Assembly: GCA_026984135.1 (NCBI GenBank)
Contig: JALSSR010000093.1
Location: forward strand, 1 to 50,197
Direction of reading: 5' to 3'
Length of the DNA: 50,197 bases
DNA from: Bacteroidales bacterium
GTDB lineage: Bacteria; Bacteroidota; Bacteroidia; Bacteroidales; JAADJA01
In this document: positions 37,586 through 46,984 of the stretch, one piece after another
Numbering within the stretch: position 1 is the stretch's first letter
How the letters are laid out: every line of letters starts with the position of its first letter
Position numbers and translations under genes: made by a program
The notes under the pieces: model-generated
What the model saw: only the letters and a program-made list of their open reading frames with translations
Told to the model about the DNA's origin: nothing
Database searches by the model: none

Positions 37586-38635
37586 ATGGCTATTGCCACA
37601 TTAACAATCAATTCCTGCACGAAACAGGAAGACGAACAACAGGCAGTTATGCAAAAGGAAAAGCCTGCGGCAACGGCTGAAGAAAAAGCTATTATCAACA
37701 ACATTCTCTCTTTCAAGGAAAAGATAGAGTACATAAACGAAAATCCCGGATTCAAGAGCGGTGAGCAGGTGGAAGTTGACAGTGCAGTCTGGTATCTTGA
37801 TGCAACACTTAATCTCTCACACGCTTTCATCTCCTGGACACCTATGAGCAACTTTTATCAGGATTCCGTATTTGTAACCATACCCAAGACAGGTGACGAA
37901 GTGGATATGAACGACCTGGCAGCGGCATACACGGAACTGAAGCAGAAGGTTGCTACGGTTTGCATTGCAGCACCGGGAAATGACAAGGAACTCTATATTG
38001 CTACTTTGGTTAAAAAGGAGGATACAGGTGGTGAGCTTACAATAAAAACGAATGTAACAATCGGAACCAAAGGAGTTGCTCCCGGAAGTGAAAACCCTTT
38101 TACTTACGGTTGGTATTACGGTGATAAACTCGGGGACGAATACGGACACCTTGAGGACACGGCTGACGCTTGCACGGAACTAAGAGATGCAACAAATTAC
38201 TACAGGTCACTTTATATTGATGACGATACTATGCTGTATATATTGCCTGTAGGTGAAGACCCTTATGTTATTATTAATGCTACGGATCCATATTTCATTA
38301 ATCCTGACGACCCAATACCAAACGACAATTACTACGATCGCCTTTTGGAATACCAAAAAACAGATACAATTTATCACCAAATCATTTATGAGGATGAAAT
38401 GAATTTTTATTATCACTCACTACATAATATTGTTTACAATATGATACCGGAAGATCAGGTAAAATGGCCCGACATGTATGGCAAAACATTTATTCAGGTT
38501 GTTAATGATGATTTAAAGACTTTTGGTAAATTTGATAATAATGAACATTTAATTTTTCATCAGTTTGAAATAGAGTATCGAAAAGCTATAAAAAATGGCA
38601 TTAAGGGAACCGAACCTACAAGCATTGTAGAATAA
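37586..38635 (+). CDS. Hypothetical lipoprotein
   Basis: INSC lipobox followed by TKQEDE; acidic protein; signal peptide unusually short. Confidence 0.75.
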   Translation: MAIATLTINSCTKQEDEQQAVMQKEKPAATAEEKAIINNILSFKEKIEYINENPGFKSGEQVEVDSAVWYLDATLNLSHAFISWTPMSNFYQDSVFVTIPKTGDEVDMNDLAAAYTELKQKVATVCIAAPGNDKELYIATLVKKEDTGGELTIKTNVTIGTKGVAPGSENPFTYGWYYGDKLGDEYGHLEDTADACTELRDATNYYRSLYIDDDTMLYILPVGEDPYVIINATDPYFINPDDPIPNDNYYDRLLEYQKTDTIYHQIIYEDEMNFYYHSLHNIVYNMIPEDQVKWPDMYGKTFIQVVNDDLKTFGKFDNNEHLIFHQFEIEYRKAIKNGIKGTEPTSIVE

Positions 38636-38646
38636 AAATTAATAAT

Positions 38647-40122
38647 ATGAAATTCAGGTATATATACTTATTATCGTTTGTTTTAATACTATTATCTGGT
38701 GTTACTGTTTTCTCACAGGAGATAAGAGTTGATACGGACAGGGGAATAATGTCACGCGGTATGAAAAAAGATTTAAACGGAGATGTTATTATTGCTGTTG
38801 AATATATTGAAGAAGGGTGGTTTTTTAAAGGAGGTCTGATAAAAGTAACACCGGAACTTGATACGACAATTTTAATAATAGATGATACACTTAATAAAGT
38901 TACTATTTACGATCTATTGATAACGCAAAATAATAACTATATTGTTTCGGCTTGCGAACGTATAGTGGGAGATACTTGCTATGGTATTTATAATCGCTAC
39001 TCATTTTTTGTTTATGATGAAGATTTTAACCTGTTAAGTTTCAGGCGATATATGTCGCCTGTTTCTTGCGAACGTCCAATGATGAAATTAACACAACGTG
39101 ATGACGGCAGGATTTTCGGAATGTCATTAAATCCCGGTTTTTTATTTATGATAGAAATTAACGAACAGGGAGATACATTAAAGACATTTTTTGAACAAAA
39201 TTATAATGTTCAGGGAACCCGGACAAAACTACTCAAATCAAATAAGGAGAGTGTGGCGTTTTACGGTTTTATGGATAAATTTACCGGTCCTATAGATGAG
39301 TGGACGGTTATTACGGTTGATACATCATTAAGCTACACATTTACACCGGTTACATATTCCGATCCTCAGTGTACAATGCCAAGTTTATTACGCCCCGAAT
39401 GGTTAAATGACAGTATTTACATAATTAGTTGTGACATAGGTTTTTCGGGCGATAAATATTATAAAGGAGATATATTTGTTTTCGAGGCAAATGCAAATCA
39501 AAATCATCAGGATTTGGGAACTTTTGTGCACTTTTACCGACCGGACACAACAGATCAGGTTGCATACAACGGACCTACTTTTACTGAAAAGGATAAAATA
39601 TATGTAGGTTCCTGGAGGGCAAGTAACCCGGGTGCATCCTATAACGGACGGTATATGGTGGGGATGGTTGATGAAGATATGAATATGAAAGGTATGGTAA
39701 GCCTTGGGAAAGACGGATATCAATACGATATGGAATCTATGCAAGCTACGGACGACGGAGGTTGTATCTTAGCCGGAACGGTTCATGACAATGCAAATGC
39801 ACCTGATTATGATTATGACCTGTTCATACGCAAGATAATGCCCGATCAAATAGTATCGGTAGCGGAGCAAACGGAAGACCCCAACGACAGCGATTATTTC
39901 ATCTGCCCCAATCCAGGAAATGACAAGCTGAACATCAACACCGCACGAAAGGGTGTGGAACTGAAAATAGTTGACCTAAGCGGAAAAACCTTTTATGAAA
40001 AGAGATTGGAAAATATTTTCCTGAACACTGTGGATGTTAACACCTTGCCGCCGGGTATCTATCTTCTTCACTTCAAAGACAATGAAGGATACGAGGAGAG
40101 TATAAAATGGATAAAACGATAA
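38647..40122 (+). CDS. T9SS type A sorting domain-containing protein
   Basis: Signal peptide; beta-rich body, ATDDGGCILAG; ICPNPG...PGIYLL...KWIKR. Confidence 0.8.
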   Translation: MKFRYIYLLSFVLILLSGVTVFSQEIRVDTDRGIMSRGMKKDLNGDVIIAVEYIEEGWFFKGGLIKVTPELDTTILIIDDTLNKVTIYDLLITQNNNYIVSACERIVGDTCYGIYNRYSFFVYDEDFNLLSFRRYMSPVSCERPMMKLTQRDDGRIFGMSLNPGFLFMIEINEQGDTLKTFFEQNYNVQGTRTKLLKSNKESVAFYGFMDKFTGPIDEWTVITVDTSLSYTFTPVTYSDPQCTMPSLLRPEWLNDSIYIISCDIGFSGDKYYKGDIFVFEANANQNHQDLGTFVHFYRPDTTDQVAYNGPTFTEKDKIYVGSWRASNPGASYNGRYMVGMVDEDMNMKGMVSLGKDGYQYDMESMQATDDGGCILAGTVHDNANAPDYDYDLFIRKIMPDQIVSVAEQTEDPNDSDYFICPNPGNDKLNINTARKGVELKIVDLSGKTFYEKRLENIFLNTVDVNTLPPGIYLLHFKDNEGYEESIKWIKR

Positions 40123-40134
40123 AAAACAAATATT

Positions 40135-41475
40135 ATGAAAAAAACAGTAATTTTAAATTTAATAATTTTGATAATTTCCGGAATAACCTTTGGACAGGCC
40201 GTTCCGGGAAATGACGAATGTATCTATTGCGGTTCGAATGAGCTCGGGCTTCACTCCAGTGCAATCGGAACAAACAATCAAAATTTCGGCGAAATGTCCT
40301 TGTCCGTAGGTACTGAGAATTTTATAAACCAAAAATTAGATAATGCAATATTTATGGGGACGGGAAATAAAGCAAATAAAAAACTGAAAGGAAGTTATTC
40401 AATAGCTTTAGGGACAAATAATTCAGTGAATTATGATTATTCTTATATATTAGGAAAGGATAATGTTGTTGAAGCACCCTATTCGGCTGCAATCGGATTG
40501 GGAAACAATGTATCCGGAATTGCTTCGGTTGCTCTGGGAAGCTGGTGCAAAACATATCGTACTTACGGAATAGCCATTGGAATGGGATGTGAGGCAGATA
40601 GTATGTCAACTGCCATTGGTTTTCATGCATTATCATTAAATACAAAAAGTTTTGCTTTCGGAAATTATGTTAAAAGTCTCGGACAAAAGTCAATGTCATT
40701 AGGTTCCGGCCTAAGCAGTAGTACTTATTTGGAGAATAATGTTGACAATTCCCTTATGATAGGATTCAATAGCGATGTGCCGACTTTTTTTGTAAGTAGC
40801 TCGTCCGGTACAAATACAACCGGCAGCATAGGCATAGGCAACATAACCGCCCCCCAAGCCAAACTGCACATAAAGGCGGACGTTGATGAGGATGCTTCTA
40901 TATTCTTACAGCAATCCAATAAATATGCACTGCTATATTTGGGAGATTTGGACCATTACATACAGGGTAAAACGGGATATGATATGATATTCCACAGTCA
41001 AACGGGGCATAACTTTGCATTTCAAAACGGCAATGTGGGAATAGGTACGGATAGTCCCGGAGCAAAACTACAGGTCAACGGAAATATTTTTATTGAAGAC
41101 GACAATTCGGGTCTGATACTTAAATCCCCCGACGGACAATGTTGGAAAGGCACCATAGATAACAACGGAAACTTCTCGTTTGAGAGTGTTGATTGCGGTT
41201 TGCTGACAGGAAATAATAAACCGTCTCTTTCACAGCAAAAGGTTGACATATTTCCAAACCCTGCAGGCAGCAAGTTGTTAATAATACTTCCCGATAACGT
41301 AAATAATGCAAAGGTTGTACTCTATAATGAACAGGGAGTATTGTTGCAAAAAAGAGTTTTAAGCGGAGGCAAAAACTCCCTTTCTCTGAAAAAAACGGCT
41401 AAAGGTGTTTTAATTGTAAAAGTTTTTAGTAATTCAGGTGAGTTGCTTTCTTCTGAAAAAGTTATGCATTTGTAG
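40135..41475 (+). CDS. T9SS type A protein with YadA-head-like repeats and GNVGIGT fibre motifs
   Basis: ~14-aa repeats SAIG/SVG/IALG/AAIG/VALG/IAIG/TAIG; GSIGIG and GNVGIGT; GLILKSPDGQCW; IFPNPA...EKVMHL. Confidence 0.8.
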   Translation: MKKTVILNLIILIISGITFGQAVPGNDECIYCGSNELGLHSSAIGTNNQNFGEMSLSVGTENFINQKLDNAIFMGTGNKANKKLKGSYSIALGTNNSVNYDYSYILGKDNVVEAPYSAAIGLGNNVSGIASVALGSWCKTYRTYGIAIGMGCEADSMSTAIGFHALSLNTKSFAFGNYVKSLGQKSMSLGSGLSSSTYLENNVDNSLMIGFNSDVPTFFVSSSSGTNTTGSIGIGNITAPQAKLHIKADVDEDASIFLQQSNKYALLYLGDLDHYIQGKTGYDMIFHSQTGHNFAFQNGNVGIGTDSPGAKLQVNGNIFIEDDNSGLILKSPDGQCWKGTIDNNGNFSFESVDCGLLTGNNKPSLSQQKVDIFPNPAGSKLLIILPDNVNNAKVVLYNEQGVLLQKRVLSGGKNSLSLKKTAKGVLIVKVFSNSGELLSSEKVMHL

Positions 41476-41595
41476 GTCGATTTTTTTAACAATAACATAA
41501 AAATAAAATCCGGATGAAGATGTATATTTCTTTAGTTTTTATAATGATTTTGGCAATAAAGTAATATGCAAATCTAATCGGTCTCGGTATATTTA

Positions 41596-42258
41596 TTATT
41601 TGAACCTCGAATTATCGGAATGTTCTTTCATCTTTTTAAAACCTTCTTTCCAGAGATAATAAAGAAAAGGAATAAAGGCGACCAGGAGGTATTTATGCTG
41701 TGTCATAAGGATAAAGTCGTAAATGCCGTGCAACAATATGGGAACAATCAATGCGAGGAGAAAGTTTTTTGAGTTGTTTTCAGGTGCCAGTTTTGCCAGT
41801 CCGAAATAGTATCCCATAGCTACTCCGAAAAGAGCATGTCCGGGAACGGCTGTCAAAGCGCGCGACATACCTGCACTTTGTCCGTATTGAAAAACGTACA
41901 TTACATTTTCAACCGCTGCAAAACCGAGTGATATAAATACGGCATATACAATTCCGTCGAACTTTTCATTAAATTCCTTGTTTTTCCAAATTACAAGATA
42001 TAGGGCAATGAATTTGAAAAGCTCTTCAGTGAAAGCCGCCACAACAAAGGCTGTGTATGCAACGGCAGTATATCCGGTATAGCTCCCTCCGAATACAGAC
42101 AAGGCACTCTCGACAAAAATTATCGGTATTACGGCTAAGGCACCGGCAATAAGGGCTTTAATAAGTAAACCGATGGGTTCTTTCTCATACTTATCCCTGA
42201 CATAAACATATATCAGAATTATCAAAACCGGAGCAAGAGCAATAACAAGTAAGTTCAT
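41596..42258 (-). CDS. prsW: PrsW-family intramembrane glutamic protease
   Basis: DKYEKEP, EELFK, FDGIVYA, GFAAVEN, PGHA, LHGIYD; ATG 42258 preferred. Confidence 0.92.
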   Translation of the reverse strand: MNLLVIALAPVLIILIYVYVRDKYEKEPIGLLIKALIAGALAVIPIIFVESALSVFGGSYTGYTAVAYTAFVVAAFTEELFKFIALYLVIWKNKEFNEKFDGIVYAVFISLGFAAVENVMYVFQYGQSAGMSRALTAVPGHALFGVAMGYYFGLAKLAPENNSKNFLLALIVPILLHGIYDFILMTQHKYLLVAFIPFLYYLWKEGFKKMKEHSDNSRFK

Positions 42259-42274
42259 AATATACAGTGTTTTA

Positions 42275-43124
42275 TCACGTAGCGCCGCCACGAGTATGTT
42301 TTAAATATAGTCTGCCAATCTTCCCGCTGCGTCGCTGCGTCGCTGCGTGAGTTTTTAATCTTCGTCAAAATAATATCACGCCACGCCGCAGCGCCGCCGC
42401 GAATCTATTTTAATTTTAATCTTCCGAACCTTCTCGTTGCGTCGCTGCGTCGCCGCGTGAGGTATTTCTTCGTCTCAAAAAGTTCCACGCCACGCCGCAG
42501 CGTCGCCACGAATTTGTTTTGATTTCAATCTTCCAATTCTTCCCGCTGCGTAGTTGCGTCGCTGCGTGAGGTATTTCTTCGTCTCGAAAAGTTTCACGCC
42601 ACGCCGCAGCGTCGCCACGAGTCTGAATTAATTTCCATCTTTCAATTTTTTCCGCCGCGTCGTTGCGTCGCCGCCTGCCCGAATGGACTAATTCATTCGT
42701 TCGGGCGGGCGTGAGGTATTTCTTCGTCTCAAAAAGTTTCACGCCACGCCGCAGCGTCGCCACGAGTCTGAATTAATTTCCATCTTCCAATTCTTCCCGC
42801 CGCGTCGTTGCGTCGTCGCGTGAGGTATTTCTTCATCTCAAAGAGTTTCACGCCACGCCGCAGCGTCGCCACGAATCTGTTTTAATTTCAATCTTCCAAA
42901 CTTTTCCGCCGCGTCGTTGCGTCGCTGCCTGCCCGAATGGACTAATTCATTCGTTCGGGCGGGCGTGAGGTATTTCTTCGTCTCAAAAAGTTTCACGCCC
43001 CGCCGCAGCGCCGCCACGAATTTATTTCAATCTTCCAAACTTTCTCGCCGCGTCGTTGCGTCGCTGCGTGAGGTATTTCTTCGTCTCAAAAAGTTTCACG
43101 CCACGCCGCTGCGTCACCGCGTGA
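42275..43124. repeat. Tandem array of seven ~109-bp GC-rich palindromic (REP/BIME-like) units
   Basis: GCGTGA arm ends at 42350, 42460, 42569, 42714, 42823, 42968 and 43071 (periods 110, 109, 145, 109, 145, 103); arms alternate TCACGCCACGCCGCAGCGTCGCCACGA and CGCYGCGTCGYTGCGTCGCYGCGTGA. Confidence 0.95.
42675..42710. mobile_element. 36-bp palindromic insert in array unit 4 (identical copy at 42929-42964)
   Basis: CTGCCCGAATGGACTAATTCATTCGTTCGGGCGGGC inserted at GC|GTGA; absent from the other five units. Confidence 0.7.
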
Positions 43125-43130
43125 ACTCTT

Positions 43131-43682
43131 TTAAACAATCAGCCTCTCCTTAAACGGCAAGAAAGTCATAAAGTCAGCGTGATGGACTATGTAAGCTTCC
43201 GTGGTACGCTTCACCATATTCCCTTCTCCGGCATGTGTTGCGATTATATGACACACTTCGGCCGGCACACCTGCCTCTTCTGCAAGACTTACTCCCGAAA
43301 ACGGGTGTCTGAGATATTTTCCGTAAGTACCCTGGACAGCGTTCCCATTATCGTCAAGAACATATTCAAGCAGCTTTCCCACGTCCGCAAGAATTGCCCC
43401 CGCAATAAGAACATCCATATCAACAGTTAATTCGCCGTGGTACATATCATTGATTTTTTGTCCTGCATCACGTGCGATGTGTACAACCGAGCGCTTATGA
43501 TCCATAAAAGTCACTTTCAGGTCGGGACCGCATAGTAGTGTGAACGGGATTCTGTTCAGGTCTTCAGGAGTCAGAACACTTCTTTCAAGAGCCAATTGCC
43601 AGGTCTTAGCGGTTTTATTTCGCAGATCCTCATTCCGGATCCAGTTCAACTCAGGCCAAAGTTCATAAACTTGATTATTCAT
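43131..43682 (-). CDS. HD-superfamily protein with the HD motif reading AD
   Basis: MDHKRSV...IAGAILADVGKLLEY...LRHPFSG...IATHAGEG...VHHADF. Confidence 0.85.
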   Translation of the reverse strand: MNNQVYELWPELNWIRNEDLRNKTAKTWQLALERSVLTPEDLNRIPFTLLCGPDLKVTFMDHKRSVVHIARDAGQKINDMYHGELTVDMDVLIAGAILADVGKLLEYVLDDNGNAVQGTYGKYLRHPFSGVSLAEEAGVPAEVCHIIATHAGEGNMVKRTTEAYIVHHADFMTFLPFKERLIV

Positions 43683-43699
43683 CTTTGTATATTTTTATA

Positions 43700-44896
43700 T
43701 TACAATTTTGCGATAACAGCATCAGCCATTTGAGTTGTTGAAGCAGCACCTTTTTCGATTACATCCGGACGACCGCTCATTTTCATCATATCGTAAGTAC
43801 GAACCTTCCCCTCGGCAATGACTTCGGCAACGGCCTTACGTATTTTGGCTGCAATTTCATTTTCATCAATAAAATCAAGCATCATACAAGCCGATTCGAT
43901 CATTGCAATGGGGTTCACGATAGAGACAGGATAGTCGGCATATTTGGGAGCGGAACCGTGAGTGGGTTCAAAAACTCCTATTCCCGAGTCGGGATTGAAC
44001 TGTGCACTGCAAGCAAATCCGAGACCGCCGATAAGACCGGCAAATCCGTCGGAAACAATATCCCCGAACATATTTCCGGCAACTATAACTCCGTAATTTT
44101 CAGGATTTTTTGTAAGCCACATCATTTGGGCATCAATATTTGTATTCCAAAGTTCAATGCCCGGATAATCCGATTTTTGAATTTCCTGAGCCATTTTATA
44201 CATCATTCCTGATGTTTCACGAATAACATTTGGTTTTTCGCAAACCGTAACGGATTTATATCCGTATTTTTTAGCGTGTTCAAAGGCAGCTCTCAAAATC
44301 CTTTCGGTAGCATTTTTGGTAAATATTCTTGTGGAAACGGATATCTCCTCCTTGGGAGTCTTCCCGAAGTTTTTAACGAATTTGGGATGAGTCATCAAGG
44401 CGTCATAAACTTTTTCCGGAGGATTGCTCCATTCCACTCCACCGTAGAGTCCTTCAGTATTCTGACGGAAAATTACCACATCAACTTCAGGTTCTTCAAT
44501 CTCATCTCCTTTTCCACGTCTTATGAAATTCAGCGGATTTCCTTTGTAGGAATGGCAGGGACGCATACAAATATCGAGGTTGAAATGTTGCCGTAATCCG
44601 ACTATCGGACTCGAATAGACCAAGCCTTTATCTTTCAGTGAAGGGTCAAGTTCTCCGGCAGCCGCATCCTTGGGTTTTGATGTAATTGCACCGAAAAGGG
44701 CTATCTTATGTTTCTCAAGCAGGTCAATGGTTCTGTCGGGAAGAGGATTGCCCTCTTTGCGCCAGAATTCCCAACCTATATCGCCTTCAACATATTCCGC
44801 ATCAAAACCTGCAGCATCTAATACGCGTATTGTCTCTTCGAGGACGACTCTTCCGATTCCGTCACCCGGTAAACTAACTATTGTTCTTTTTGCCAT
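43700..44896 (-). CDS. Isocitrate/homoisocitrate/isopropylmalate dehydrogenase family protein
   Basis: LPGDGIG, LFGAI, YSSPIVGLRQ, RQNTEGLY, NMFGDIVSD, FEPTHGSAPKYA, NPIAM. Confidence 0.93.
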   Translation of the reverse strand: MAKRTIVSLPGDGIGRVVLEETIRVLDAAGFDAEYVEGDIGWEFWRKEGNPLPDRTIDLLEKHKIALFGAITSKPKDAAAGELDPSLKDKGLVYSSPIVGLRQHFNLDICMRPCHSYKGNPLNFIRRGKGDEIEEPEVDVVIFRQNTEGLYGGVEWSNPPEKVYDALMTHPKFVKNFGKTPKEEISVSTRIFTKNATERILRAAFEHAKKYGYKSVTVCEKPNVIRETSGMMYKMAQEIQKSDYPGIELWNTNIDAQMMWLTKNPENYGVIVAGNMFGDIVSDGFAGLIGGLGFACSAQFNPDSGIGVFEPTHGSAPKYADYPVSIVNPIAMIESACMMLDFIDENEIAAKIRKAVAEVIAEGKVRTYDMMKMSGRPDVIEKGAASTTQMADAVIAKL

Positions 44897-45004
44897 TTTT
44901 ATATTTTTTTATTATTAAATAATTGATTTATACTAAAAAAGCGTCAAAATTACAACATTAAAAATATTTACGATTGATGATTTTATTTTTTTATCAAAAG
45001 ATTT

Positions 45005-46309
45005 TCAAACATTTATTCTTGAATATATGTGTTTTTTACGGAAAATAGTAAGCATCAACCCTCTTGTTAACATAAAAAGCATCATTGATATCCAAAGACT
45101 ATGATTACCCATATAATTATATAGTATGTAATATGAGGGGAGGAAAACTCCAAAAGTAGCTGTCAGCAGCGTGTTTCGCATTGGAGCTGAAGCCGTTGCG
45201 CCGATATAGATTCCGTCCCAGATGAAGGCCGCAAATGTTGCCAAAGGAATAATTCCAATCCAAAAAAGGTAAGGTGAGGCAGCTGCAATAACCTTTTCGT
45301 TATCGGTAAGTAAAAGTAATAGAGAATCCCCGAAGATAAAATATACTAATGTGAAAGGAACACTAAATCCCAGACCCCATAAAAATATTCGTTTGATAAC
45401 GGATTTAAGTTCGGGCAGGCTTCCCGCACCGATAAATTTCCCCACTAAAGCTTCGGCTGCATAAGCAAAACCATCGGTGAGATAGGCAAAGACAAACAGA
45501 TATTGGAGAAGTACCGTGTTGACGGCAAGGATAGTATCATCAATTTTGGCAGATTGAGAAGTAAAAAAGGCAAAGGCAAAGATCAAACACAAAGTGCGAA
45601 TGATAATATCAAAATTGACTTTGAAAAATCTTCCCAGTTTTTGCCAGTTGAAAAAATCCGATTTATCCCAAAAAGCGTAAAGCCGTTTATATTTTGCATT
45701 TAGCAATATCAAACCCAACAGTAATCCCGAATATTGAGCAATTACCGTACCCCACGCCACGCCGTCGGATTTCATACCGAACCCATAGACAAAAATAAGG
45801 TTTGCTCCGATATTTATAATATTAATCGTTATGGCAATAATCATAGGGATTTTTGCATTTTGCATTCCTGTAAACCAACCTGAAAGGGCAAGGATTCCCA
45901 AAGATGCCGGTGCTGCAAATATTCTTATATAATAGTATTGTCTTGCCAGTGTTTTAACATCTTCCGAGCCGTCCATAACAGAAAAGCTGAAAAGGTCTAT
46001 CGGGTATTGAAGGAGAATCAGTAACAATCCGCCGCTTATTGCAAAGAACATCGAACGACCGAACATCATTATCATCTCCGACTTATCCTTTTCTCCGAAA
46101 GCCTGAGCCGTAAATCCGCTTGTTCCCATTCGCAGGAAACTGAAAACAGCATAGATAAAGTTAAATATCAATCCTCCGAGAGCAATGGCACCAATATAGA
46201 CAGCAGAGTCAAGATGTCCGAGAATTGCCAGATCAACCATACCCAATAGAGGGACGGTTATATTACTGATTATGTTCGGTATGGCAAGCCTTAATATCTG
46301 TCTGTTCAT
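45005..46309 (-). CDS. MATE-family (DinF-like) efflux transporter
   Basis: ILRLAIPNIISNITVPLLGMVD, FLRMGTSGFTAQA, DGFAYAAEALVG; start MNRQ at 46309. Confidence 0.93.
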   Translation of the reverse strand: MNRQILRLAIPNIISNITVPLLGMVDLAILGHLDSAVYIGAIALGGLIFNFIYAVFSFLRMGTSGFTAQAFGEKDKSEMIMMFGRSMFFAISGGLLLILLQYPIDLFSFSVMDGSEDVKTLARQYYYIRIFAAPASLGILALSGWFTGMQNAKIPMIIAITINIINIGANLIFVYGFGMKSDGVAWGTVIAQYSGLLLGLILLNAKYKRLYAFWDKSDFFNWQKLGRFFKVNFDIIIRTLCLIFAFAFFTSQSAKIDDTILAVNTVLLQYLFVFAYLTDGFAYAAEALVGKFIGAGSLPELKSVIKRIFLWGLGFSVPFTLVYFIFGDSLLLLLTDNEKVIAAASPYLFWIGIIPLATFAAFIWDGIYIGATASAPMRNTLLTATFGVFLPSYYILYNYMGNHSLWISMMLFMLTRGLMLTIFRKKHIYSRINV

Positions 46310-46423
46310 TTTCTCAAATTCTTTGGCGAAAATAGTAATTGTTCTTATTATCCTTATGTTATTGATTGAACAATTGAAAATAATAGCGGTTATCTTTATA
46401 CAATCAAATAATAATAATACTTT

Positions 46424-46975
46424 ATGAAACAAATACGATATATACTTTTTATTTTCTCTTTCGCTTCTTTTTCTTTTTTATTAAATGCACAAAGTGTTGA
46501 TTTTTATAGTTTAAGCGCAGAAACTATAGACGGTGACACATTATATTTTTCGGAATTACGTGGTAAAAAGGTTTTGATAGTCAATACGGCATCCAAATGT
46601 GGTTTTACCCCGCAGTATGAAGATTTGGAAAAACTTTACGAAGAATATAAAGATGACGATTTTATCATAATCGGTTTTCCGGCAAATAACTTTATGCATC
46701 AGGAGCCGGGCACCAATGAGGAAATCAAACAATTCTGTACTACTAACTACGGAGTCACTTTCCCGATGATGGCAAAAATATCGGTTAAGGGAAAAGAGAT
46801 GCATCCCGTTTATAAATGGCTGACGTCAAAAGAGGAAAACGGAGTAATGGATTCCAAGGTGGGATGGAATTTCCAGAAATATATGATTGATGAAAACGGC
46901 CGGCTTGTGGGTTATGCCAAACCGAAAGAGAAACCTATGTCATTTAAGATAATTAACTGGATTGAAGGAGAATAG
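46424..46975 (+). CDS. Glutathione peroxidase family protein (Cys type, with signal peptide)
   Basis: VNTASKCGFTPQY, GFPANNF, QEPG, WNFQKY. Confidence 0.95.
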   Translation: MKQIRYILFIFSFASFSFLLNAQSVDFYSLSAETIDGDTLYFSELRGKKVLIVNTASKCGFTPQYEDLEKLYEEYKDDDFIIIGFPANNFMHQEPGTNEEIKQFCTTNYGVTFPMMAKISVKGKEMHPVYKWLTSKEENGVMDSKVGWNFQKYMIDENGRLVGYAKPKEKPMSFKIINWIEGE

Positions 46976-46984
46976 AGCCCTTTT

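Noticed and set aside
42275-43124. CRISPR array
   Set aside because: Linkers are near-identical rather than unique spacers, arms alternate in orientation, the period is about 109 bp, and no cas genes are present.
42416-43153. ORFs 42416-42763 (-) and 42917-43153 (+)
   Set aside because: Arg/Ala-rich translations of the GC-rich repeat array; stop-free by composition.
46310-46432. N-terminal extensions in the ORF track (MATE, pth, ung, prsW, mrdA, dehydratase)
   Set aside because: They run through promoter boxes, terminators, repeats or divergent genes; downstream ATGs match the expected family N-termini.
46424-46975. Selenocysteine glutathione peroxidase
   Set aside because: The active-site codon is TGT (Cys), with no in-frame TGA.
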